In this document: positions 52,003 through 62,130 of the stretch, piece after piece
Numbering within the stretch: the stretch's first letter is position 1
Layout: each line of letters starts with the position of its first letter
Assembly (NCBI GenBank): GCA_039621445.1
Contig: CP154954.1
Span: 18,400,642 to 18,464,641, forward strand
Source of the DNA: Euglena gracilis
Taxonomy: Eukaryota
Reading direction: 5' to 3'
Length of the DNA: 64,000 nucleotides
The notes under the pieces: model-generated
Told to the model about the DNA's origin: nothing
Seen by the model: only the letters and a program-made list of their open reading frames with translations
Database searches by the model: none
Translations under genes and position numbers: made by a program

Positions 52003-52569
52003 TGATATCATTCTCGGAGGATGAGTTGAGTACGCAAGGAGGTCACTGTAGCCACTTGGAAATAATCATCTTGAGGTTGAATGATAAATACCACAAAAAT
52101 AGGCCCGTGAATCACCTCTGATACGAACCTTGCAGTACGGGGCAGCTCAGCGGACATCGTACTGTAGATCTGACATGTTGTGTGCAACCCAGATCTGGAC
52201 CGTTACTTCCGGTTGGCGATCTACGCGATTGTGGTTTACGCCTGCGGTTCCAAAGACCCGGCCGGCTAGCTGGACCAAGTGCATTTTCTTCAGCCGTCTG
52301 GACCAAGCCCACAAGGTCAACCGTCCGTCCGGACCTTCGCTTTTTTCACCAGCCGTCCGTCCGTCCGTCCGTCCGCCCCCTGTGGCTGCAGATCAGAAGC
52401 GTGATGTGGATACCTTTCTGCCACATTGGTCGGGGGCTGCCTCGTGGGCCATCGACGTGGGCATCAATCACCCCTCACCACCCAGTGCTGCTTGGAGCTT
52501 GCCCGCCTCATCGGAGCTCCTGCGCGGCCGGGCCCAGAAAAAGACGGCTAAGTATGGGGCCCGTTGCCA

Positions 52570-52883
52570 AGGGCTCCCGGATCTGGCCTGGGGGGGGGGG
52601 GGGTAGTGGGGGTCGACCATGGTCGCTCTCGGTCGCTATGGGTGATTCCTACTGATTTTTTTTCCACCTTTTTTGCCATGTAGCGGCGTAGGCAACTGTT
52701 CCAGGGCCCTAAAATAACAAAATCCCTTGTGTGTGTAACGCCTTTTGCTTGTATGTTGCGCAAATTTTGCATGTAGCGCACATTTTGACATCGACCCCCC
52801 CCACGACCGAGGGCCACCGAGGGACACCCAAAACGACCACGGCCGAACCCCACTACCCCCCCCCCCAGGATAAATCTACCCCT
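52570..52883. mobile_element. MITE with AGGG...CCCT ends and 8-bp TSD
   Basis: TSD CGTTGCCA (52562-52569, 52884-52891); removal restores KYGARCQARGFSPLIL. Confidence 0.8.
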
Positions 52884-52928
52884 CGTTGCCAGGCACGGGG
52901 CTTCTCCCCATTGATCCTCAGCGTCTGG

Positions 52929-53381
52929 CATAGCTGGCGTTTTTTTTGTTTTTTTTAAAAAAACGTTTTTTTTTGTTTTTTATTAAAAAAAGAACGGGCA
53001 AAAAAAAACGGAAAAAACAAAGGGGAAAATGATGGTCCAAATTTTGCCTTTGATCGCAAGGGTGAACCAATCTTAGCTCAAATGACTTGAAAACCAATAC
53101 TTTTGGTTGTCTTCAACAAGAATGGTCAAAATAGGGCATTTTTCCGCCATTTTGGCTTGAAACCATTCCAAACAAGGTCCTAGTGCCAACTATGGTTGAA
53201 ACATCCCAAATTTGGTGTCTTTCTCTGACCGAGGATAGGCAAAAAAAGCTAAAATTAAAGGCAAAAAAAATTTTGCCCTGGACCCTTAATGGCGTTTTTT
53301 GTTTTTTTTTAAAAAAAACATGTTCTTTTTAAAGAAAACGTTTTTTTTCTTTACTTCGTTTTAAACGAAGTGCCGGCTATG
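52929..53381. mobile_element. hAT-like MITE
   Basis: TIR CATAGCTGGC / GCCGGCTATG; perfect 8-bp TSD GCGTCTGG (52921-52928, 53382-53389); near-identical to 37182-37605. Confidence 0.92.
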
Positions 53382-53723
53382 GCGTCTGGGGGTCCTTCGG
53401 CGAGACAGTCACGGCGTATGGGATGAGCTCCGGCGTCGCCTTGGGGCCATGGCCTCCGGTGGGGCGCGGAGCGTGTTCCTTGATGGACTACAACAGGGCC
53501 TCTCTTTGGCACTGTTCACCGGAGTCGCCGCACAACTCGGTGCCCTCCTCATCGCCAAGGAGCTCGGCCATAATTGCTGCAGCTGTGGCTCCCTGTATGC
53601 CTAGTAGTCCTCCCCCCACCTCAGAAACTGCAAAACACTTGCCGCCACATCCATGATATTTTGCGCTCAGCCATGATATTGTGCCTCTTATCCCCCTTCA
53701 GCCAAGGAGATTTTCGTTCCTGC

Positions 53724-54910
53724 CATTGGTGTAGAAACTGGGGGGCAGGGGGGGCGCCCCCCCCCCCCCGAGTTTTTTTCCCCCCCCCCCCGAGGATTTT
53801 TTGACTCAAAACTTTTTTGCCCCCCCCCCCGAAAAAAGTTACCCTCCAAAAATTTTTTGCACTTTGTGAAAAAATTCTTTCAGATTAAGAACCCAACTTT
53901 TCATTGAACTTTTGGGTGTTTTTGTTGTTGGACATCGCTACCGTCTTGCCGCCCTTTGGGCGGCCAAACAAGCCCAAAACTCATGGTCAGAGAGGGGAAA
54001 AAAGTTTTCCTTTTTCCAATCTGAAGTTGTTGTTTGTGAATATCTCCACTCCCGTCTCGCCCTTTGGGTGGCAACAGGAAACACATGTAACTTGACTTGG
54101 CTTCTAATGTTTAATTTTTTAAAAGAGCAAACCATTCTGTTGATAAATTTGGCTCTTTTTGGGGAATGTTCTTGGAAAATTGCACTGCCGTCCAGCCGCC
54201 CTTCGGCCGGCAATATGTTTTTTTTGTTCAATACAAAATGGACCGAGGGCTCTTTTTCGCATTTTGCACTCGTTTCAAATCCCAAAACACAAAAGGCAAC
54301 ACCGTCTCCGCCCGCTGGCAGCTTGAAAGCTTTCAAATTGTGATGGTGTCAAAATGTCAAATTGGCATGATGTCAAAAAATTGCCACATTTTTTTGTTAC
54401 GTTCAATGCCTTCTTTCAAAAAAGTGCTACCGTCTCGCCGCCCTTCGGGCGGCAAAAAGAAAACAACACATTCAAACAACATTGGTAACAGGGTTTTTTT
54501 CCGTCGTGGACCCCAGGGGGAGGGGGGGTGGGGTGGGTGGGTCCTGCAAGGTTACTGGGCTGTTTTTAAACAAGTTGTTTATAACAGGTTTTTTTCCTAT
54601 TTGTGGTGTTTACTTTTAAAAAAAACACCCTTTTTAAAACAAAAAAACGTTTTTAAACCGTTTTTTTATTCATGAAAGTTTTTTTGCTTTTTTTTAAAAC
54701 AAAAAAATGGGAACATTGGGGTCCCGCCAAGCCCCCCCCCCCCCCCGGGGGTCACCCCAGGGGGAGTGGGATATTCTTTTCGGCGTCTTTGGCGCCGAAA
54801 ATTTTTGAAAAGGTGCTATTTTTGGAATTTTTCTGTTTATGACGGGCGCTAACTTCGCTTCAGGCCCAGGATCTCGCCCCCCCCGAGAAAAAGTTGTTTC
54901 TACACCGCTG
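53724..54910. mobile_element. hAT-like MITE with a nested insert
   Basis: TIR CATTGGTGTAGAAAC / GTTTCTACACCGCTG; degenerate 8-bp TSD GTTCCTGC / GTTTCTGG; internal homology to 47533-48315. Confidence 0.75.
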
Positions 54911-54949
54911 GTTTCTGGGGTCACATTGGCACACTTTTTTGCACAAAAA

Positions 54950-55290
54950 ACAGTCCCAAACCGGACGCCGGGTTTTGGACAGAACCGGCGTTCATAACGC
55001 CGGGTTTTAGGACAGAACCAGCATCTGGAAAACCCATGGGGGGGGGGACGCCGGTTCTGTCCTGAACCCGGCGTCTCAAACGCCGGGTTCAAAAACGGTT
55101 TAAGTTGAAACTTGATCTCAATAACATAATAACATGCACTTGATAAACACTTGAAACCGTGTCTGGGGGCTCCGGTTTCATGCCCGAACCGGCGTCTGGG
55201 ACGCCGGTTCGGGCGGGAAATTTCTGTGCCGAACCGGTGTCCCAGACGCCGGTTCGGGCGTGAAACCGGCGTCTGGGGGACCCAAAATAA
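54950..55290. repeat. repeat with AACCGGCGTCTGGG units in both orientations (related at 34120-34400 and 32930-33050)
   Basis: Recurring motif read directly from the sequence. Confidence 0.6.
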
Positions 55291-58200
55291 AAAGTGCCAA
55301 AAAGTGTCCAAAAGGGTTAGTCGATAGGTGTGAATCACATTTGAGCAGTTTTTGGGCGGACTTGGCCCAAAAATTTGACACGGGGTGTCAACGAGAACGT
55401 TGTGCCTTGGAGAATGGGGGGGGGGCGTAAATCAATTAAAAGGGGGTCAACCCCGTCTCCAACGTCGAAACCGACAGGCCATGAAAATTTTTGTTCTTTG
55501 GCCAGTGAAAGGGTCAGATATCAAACCAAAAAACACCTCATTTTTCTTTGAAAATCAATCAAAATTGCGGATTCTTGTGAATTCCTTGAACTTTTTCACA
55601 TGAAAAATACCCAAACATCAAAAAGTGCTCTGTGCTTTAAAGTGAGGGAGAAAAGAGTTTTTGGACTTCCTTGACGTGTCAGTGCAGGAAGCTTTTTTCG
55701 CTATTTTTTGGAACCTTCCAAAGAAGGGTGGGGTTGGGTCCGAACCCTCCCCCACATCGAGGGGGGGGTCCGGACCCGCCTCCCCTTACCACCTTGACTG
55801 CATGCACGTCTCCACAGAGAGTGAACTGCGTGCACGTCCCTTATGTGCAGGCGACAACCCAAATCGCCACCACCTGTGTCTGGGACCCAAGGAGGCCCCA
55901 TGGACCCCCCAGGCTGCCATGGGCCTTGCGCTATCGGGGGCCACTTTTCACCTGACCAAACCTAACCTATAACCTTGACCCCCAGGGGGGAACTGGTCGG
56001 AACCCCCCCCTACAACAGCTTCCAATTGATCCCTGGTTGGGGGGATGCTATTTGGGGAAATTCTTCAACCCCAAAAAGCCCCCCCCCCCAATGAACATCT
56101 AACATAACTTCTGAATATTGCACATTTTAACATTTTAACAGATGCCGATGCTGCTTCAAATTTGGGCCACTCAATCTGGTGAGTTTTAGGTAATGTCGAT
56201 GGTTTTCCGCCTTGCTCTGATTTCCCTCTTCGCGGAGGGAGGGCTATTATTGCGGGGGAACATTCTTTGGGGGGGGGGATTTATATAAGATGGTGGCTGC
56301 CCAATTGCGCAGATGCACATGAGGTGTAGCGAGGGAGATAAAGATGATTGTGCGCGCTATTGGTCCTTGAACTCGATCATGAGGTCGCTTGGACTACATA
56401 TTGAGGGCCGTCGCAAGGGTCCCCGGGCCTGGCTGGGAAACGAGTAAGAGCCATTGGCACTTAATTTTGGAGGATACAAAAAAAGCAGTTTCCTTGACAT
56501 GAGGCGGCGCTGTGGTCCTCAATGTGTAACAGGGATTGGCAATTCTGGCAGACAATACCCAATTCATTGGGTGAAAAAAAATCCTATGAATTAAAAGAAC
56601 ATAGATTAATTGAATAGATTAATAGAATAATTGAATAGAATAGATTAATTGAATGGATAGATTGAAACGGCGATTCCGGAAATGAGCTTCTTTTGACAAT
56701 GCCTCGGTTACTCTGCAAATTGTTTGAAAATCCTCTGTAGATTGCCCTCCGTGGTATCACAGTAAATTGTGTATGGCCCAAGGACCTTCAAAGGAGTAGG
56801 GATTGTGCACCATATAATAGGCTGGCATATTCCTGGGTGACATAGGGGAAGGTAATTTGGGACCCATCAGAGGAGGATCAGGGGCAGGCAGACCCTCACT
56901 GCGGCATCAGTTGCCCGTCTGTCAGAGCATCTGCCTGGCCGCCATCTACCTGATGCAACACGGGTGTGAGAGAAGGGGCCACGTCAGTTGCAGCTACAGC
57001 AATGCTGTGCTCTGCCCGAGGTCCAGTCCCATCCATGCAGTTGCCTAGCAAATTGGTGCTCGCGCCCAGGCCCAGTCATGTCACAGGTGTTTGGTGGGGT
57101 TCTCCCTGGGAGAGGTACAAAGGGTAAACCAGATCGGGGACAAAAATCCAAGACCCTACCCCCCCCCCCCCGGCCAAGAGAAGGTTTTTGTCCAACGGGG
57201 TGAGAGTTCAACAAAAAAGGCAGCCAGGAGGGGAGGCGGAAATAAGCAGCGTTGCATGTCCCCACATCCGACTGCATAAACCAGGGATCGGCGGGCGAGT
57301 GGAGCCGATGGGAACGCAACGTAGTCAACCTGGACGTCCCTGGAGAGGGCCCATTCAGGGAATTTCTGAATGACCCCCCTCTGGGGGGGTCCAAACGGCT
57401 GGCTGGAAAAAGCGTTGACTGGAAAAAGGTGCTGGCTGGACCCCCTCATTACTTTGTTTTACTTCATTACCACTCGACCCCTGGGGGGGGGGGTCGAGCA
57501 GTGACAGGCTGGGAGATTCTGGCAGGCTGGCCGGCCGGCTGGCTGACTGGCTGGCTGACCGGCCGGCTAAGCCGGACCCCCCCCCCCCCGGGGGATAGGG
57601 TGGGGTCGCTGAGCTCTTATCCCTTTATGGGTAAGAGCGAAGCTTACCCCTGGGGGAAAACCCCCCCCGAACCCCCCCCCCCTCCCCCCCCCCTCGGGGC
57701 CACCTCGGGAACCGGCGGATTATCACCATGATCCCGGCCCCGTTCCCGAAATTTTTTTTTTCAGTCACGAGCGACTGGATTCCTAGTTTCCGAATCACCT
57801 GGGTTTGACCCCCAACTCCCCGCCAGGCCCGAGTTATTCACGCGCGAAGGGGTCCAAACTGGGTAGGATTCGCCAACCCCCCCTGGATAAGCCCCCCCCC
57901 CCCTTTGGACGGCCAAAAAATGTCAATTTTCAAAATATCTCCAAAATGAAGCCAAACCAAAGGAAATGTCCGGAGACCTAATTTGAAGCCCTTGGAACGC
58001 CCTATCTACCGGTATTTTGATTTCCCCGCAACTCCCCGCCTAGCCCGAGATACGGCCGTTTTCGGCGCAGACGGCCGTTTTGTACACTTTTCCCTCTGTT
58101 CGACTTAGCCGTTTTCGGGGGGTGGGGGTCAAAAAATCGATGTTTTCAAAATTTCTCGAAAATGATGCAAAATCAAAGGAAATGTCCAGAGACCTAAATT

Positions 58201-58334
58201 GAAGCCCTTGGAACGCTCTATGTACTGTGATTTTGGTTTCCCCGCAACTCACCGCCCAGCCCGAGATACGGCCGTTTTTTGGCCAATTTGGGCCATTTCA
58301 AGCCATTTTGTACACTTTTCGACTTGGCCGTTTT

Positions 58335-58930
58335 CGGCCAAAAAGTCGAAAAAAATCGAAAAATTTTTTTCCGCCCGAAACGATGTTTTTTGGCCTCCCG
58401 GACCCGGAAAAACCGTTTTCGAGCCGAAAACGAGCGTTTTTCAACCCGCCGGGGCCCCGTTTTGGGCCGCCGACCCATTGACTTTGGGTCAAAACCGGGT
58501 CAAAAAAGTCGAAAAAAATCGAAAAATTTTTTTTTGCCCAAAACGATGTTTTTTGGCCTCCCGGACCCGGAAAAACTGTTTTCGAGCCGAAAACGAGCGT
58601 TTTTCGACCCGCCGGCGCCCCGTTTTGGGCCGCCGACCCATTGACTTTGGGTCAAAACCGGGTCAAAAAAGTCGAAAAAAATCGAAAAAATTTTTTTTGC
58701 CCAAAACGATGTTTTTTGGCCTCCCGGATCCGGAAAAACTGTTTTTGAGCCGAAAACGAGCGTTTTTCGACCCGCCAGCGCCCCGTTTTGGGCCGCCAAC
58801 CCATTGACTTCGGGCCAAAACCGGGTCAAAAAAGTCGAAAAAAATCGAAAAAAATTTTTTGCCCGAAACGATGTTTTTTGGCCTCCTTGACCCGGAAAAG
58901 GGGTTTTCGAGCCGAAAATGGGCGTTTTTC
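58335..58930. repeat. 163-bp tandem satellite (about 3.6 units; about 1.3 more at 59965-60175)
   Basis: Period of 163 bp; ORF-track stops recur at 58481, 58644 and 58807. Confidence 0.92.
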
Positions 58931-58934
58931 GACC

Positions 58935-59956
58935 ATAATGGCCATCATGGCCTGTGATGGCCATGATGCGCATCATGACCGGTGATGCCAATCATGGGTC
59001 ATAATGTGCATGATGACCCATGATGACCATCATGGGCAATGATGGCCATCATGACCAATGATGGCCATCATGACCAATGATGGCCATCAGGACCAATGAT
59101 GGCCATCATGACCAATGATGGCCATCAGGACCAATGATGGCCATCAGGACCAATGATGGCCAGCATGACCAATGATGGCCATCATGACCAATGATGGCCA
59201 TCAGGACCAATGATGGCCATCAGGACCAATGATGGCCATCAGGACCAATGATGGCCATCAGGACCAATGATGGCCATCAGGACCAATGATGGCCATCATG
59301 ACCAATGATGGCCATCATGACCAATGATGGCCATCATGACCCCTGAGGCCCATCATGACCAATGATGGCCATCAGGACCAATGATGGCCATCATTGCTAA
59401 TGATGGCCATTATGACCCCTGACGCCCATCATGACCAATGATGGCCATCAGGACCAATGATGGCCATCAGGACCAATGATGGCCATCAGGACCAATGATG
59501 GCCATCATGACCAATGATGGCCATCATGACCAATGATGGCCATCATGACCAATGATGGCCATCATGACCAATGATGGCCAGCATGCCCAATGATGGGAAT
59601 CATGACCCCTGATGGCCATCATGACCAATGATGGCCATCAGGACCAATGATGGCCATCAGGACCAATGATGGCCATCAGGACCAATGATGGCCATCAGGA
59701 CCAATGATGGCCATCAGGACCCATGATGCCCATCATGACCCATGATGGCCATGACGACCAATGACGGCCATCACGACCAATGATGGCCATCAGGACCCAT
59801 GATCCCCATCATGACACATGATGCCCATCATGACCAAAGATGGCCATCATGGCCCGTGAGGGCCATCATCACCCATGATGTCCATCATGGGTCAACCAAT
59901 GATGGCCATCAGGGCCCATGATGTCCATCATGGCCCATGATGGCCATCATGACCAA
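58935..59956. repeat. 19-bp minisatellite GACCAATGATGGCCATCA(T/G), about 50 units
   Basis: Read directly; homogeneous centre with degenerate edges. Confidence 0.95.
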
Positions 59957-62059
59957 TGTCAACCGGGTCTAAAAAGTCGAAAAAAATGGAAAAAAATTTT
60001 TTTGCCCGAAACGATGTTTTTTGGCCTCCCGGACCCGGAAAAACTGTTTTTGAGCCGAAAATGAGCGTTTTTCGACCCGCCAGCGCCCCGTTTTGGGCCG
60101 CCGACCCATTGACTTTGGGTCAAACCCGGTCAAAAAAGTCGAAAAAAATCGAAAAAAATTTTTGGGCCCGAAACGATTCGTTGGGACGCCGGGCCGCCGG
60201 CCGGCCCGCCGGCCCGCCGCTGGCCGGGCCGGGCTGGGCCGCCGGGCCGGGCCGGGCCGGACCGTCGGTGTTGGGGGGGAGCTTATCAAGAGCTCAGCAC
60301 TATTCAAAACCTGGTTCAGCTTAAGAAATTCCCTGCGCCATTTGCGGTGGGCCGCTGTCCAGCACCCCAGGGGCTGTCGGCTCTGGGGAGGGGAGGGAGC
60401 TGGCAGCCCTGTCCTCCAAAGGTGAGCGCCTGCAGCGAGGCTGCTAACCCCCCACGGTACAGAAATGATCCAAGAATGTACGTTGACACAGGGGGGGGGG
60501 GATTGTCTTGTGTCAGACAAGAAGGGGTCCTTAGGGATGGGGAGAGTCGAGAGCTTTTGGAATTCTAGGGTAAGATTTTCACCACATGGATTCTGGGTTC
60601 CCTGGTACCGCGGGGCGGTGAAAAGGAGAAAAAAATAAGAATAAGAATAATCAAACTTTGAGAAATCTGAACGGCGGCAAGAATGCTTCCATATTCCATG
60701 CTTTCCAGGGGAAAGCAGTTCCCACCACAGAAAAATTTCACAGGGCTTTCTCTGTACAATAAACTTTTGCGACTCTTAAACTTTGACTTGTGATACCCAC
60801 CCCTTGTCCAACGGCTACTTATGTTCGCCCCCGCCCACTGGCCTTGGGTCAGGTGTGATCTTTTTGGATACAATGTTGGTTCCATAAATGTGGGAAGGAT
60901 TGTGAAAATTCATTTTATCTCGAAACTTTGACTTCGGCAAAACAGTGAAATCCACAATAAAACAGCTGAAAATGCAAAAGATGGCAGCTGACTCCGACAG
61001 ACCCCGAAAACTGGTTGCACATGTGCAAAATGGCTGAAATTGACGTAAATTCTCAAAGGCATTTTTCAAAAGCGGGTTGAAAGGGTTTGGGCGGTTTGAG
61101 GTTCGAGCGGCTTGAGACTCACCGCTCCTACCCATACCGCTCCTACCGCGGGAGACCGCGGGCCCCACTGTCAGCAATGTGCTTAGTGCAGCCTCCGTCA
61201 CCTCCCCTCATGAGGGGGTCGGATACTCTAATCCATGACTGCGGCAGCTTCCTACGAATCACCCACTGCCAGGTTCAGCAACTCTAGTGCGGCGACACGT
61301 GGGAATCCTTGCATCTTTACACGGAAAGGGCTTGGCCACTCTGCTCCAGAGCTGCAATGGCCTCCTTCATCGTCCGCCGCGTTCGGCTACTCATATCCAT
61401 GGCCGTGCACCCCCCCCCCCGGCTCTCCGATGTAGGCTGGGGGGGGGGGGGGGTCCTGTTGGGTTGACCGACCCAGTCAGTCGACCCAACAATGAGGGGA
61501 TGGACTGAGTCTGTCGACCCAACAGTCTAATGTATCAAGTCGGTCCTCACGATGCTTGGTTGCCTGCACAGCAACCAAGGCGTGAACCTCCCCCGTGTGA
61601 ATTCGCTCTTCCAAATCGGTATCTCTTGTCTGTCATTGTACTCCGTGATGTGGGCGGGGCATGGGGGTGTGAACAACTGCGCCGTGCAATTCTGGGGGAA
61701 CATGGAAAGTGACCTCAGGATCACTGCAAAATTCTCGCTTCTGAATCGGTGATACTGGGGGAACTCCTCGGGGGGAACTCCTTCCGACAAGCTATGCTGG
61801 ACTGGCAGCTGGGCGGGCATCGTCAGGATCAGGGGCGACAACCCTGCCAACACTTGACCCGGACCGCTGACTGAGTGCTGAGTAACTCGTGCTCTGCTTC
61901 ACCCTCCTGGGATGGGGGAGGGGATTGAAAAAGCAGGGGGAGGGTCGGACCCTCCCTGCGTTCAACAAGAGAGCCCAAAGCCGAATTCCCTGTGCTTTTG
62001 TGCTCCCCACTGGAGGTCCTGGACAAATGTGTAATACCAACTGGCATTCCAATTCCACG

Positions 62060-62130
62060 TTTAGGGTTAGGGTTTTGGGTTATTGGTGCAGGATTGGGTT
62101 AGTGTTCAGGTTAGGAGGGTTGGGGTTAGG
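62060..62130 (+). repeat. degenerate interstitial TTAGGG-like tract
   Basis: TTTAGGGTTAGGGTTTTGGGTT...GGTTAGG; similar tracts at about 11270-11290, 17215-17267, 31385-31432 and 32540-32600. Confidence 0.55.

Larger units (their letters stand above)
51284..52379. mobile_element. G-terminal TIR element with GCCGTCCG repeats, a nested MITE and a tRNA-like sequence
   Basis: Ends GGGGCGG / CCGCCCC; direct repeat CTGTG (51279-51283, 52380-52384); removal restores LEISVAADQKRDVD. Confidence 0.85.
47130..53570 (+). mobile_element. CRE/SLACS-like non-LTR retrotransposon (RT, CCHC, restriction-like endonuclease), inactive and fragmented
   Basis: After removing inserts: SAPGPSGLR; WLCSANLFPLRKKDDGVRPVAVGETF; VDIRNAFNSV; QQG..PLLFSLAI; WYLDDG; LNLTKT; VLGVPI; QAALPLRLGGFGI; FRLMMKWHLG; CPLGC..DPFGDHALCC..RH; RDVD...AIDVGINHP; KTAKY; FSPLILSVWGSFG. 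Stops and frameshifts are present. Confidence 0.92.
57602..60313 (+). mobile_element. family A element, copy 3 (most complete)
   Basis: 5' GGGGTCGCTGAGCTCTTA-N12-TAAGAGCGAAGC; 3' AAGAGCTCAGCACTATTCAAAACCTG; internal satellites. Confidence 0.8.
57356..60335. mobile_element. hAT-like MITE hosting family A copy 3
   Basis: TIR CAGGGAATTTCT / AGAAATTCCCTG; flanks GCCCATT / CGCCATT. Confidence 0.75.
56150..61410 (-). pseudogene. possible degraded APE-type LINE remnant split by the 57356-60335 MITE
   Basis: Weak minus-strand motifs in the expected order: VHGH and LAVGD (about 61260-61410), WTAAHRKW|ALSRDVQVDYV across the MITE, and ILYK..GNQSKAENHR (about 56185-56295). Confidence 0.3.

Noticed and set aside
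46700-53700. spliced-leader RNA gene as the CRE target site
   Set aside because: No recognisable SL exon or SL tandem unit near either end of the element.
58199-58991. K/F-rich ORFs (also 11933-12503 and 59956-60520)
   Set aside because: They are translations of the 163-bp satellite.
58935-59956. 19-bp palindromic repeats as CRISPR or a coding repeat
   Set aside because: No spacers; the period is not a multiple of 3 and the unit contains TGA on both strands.
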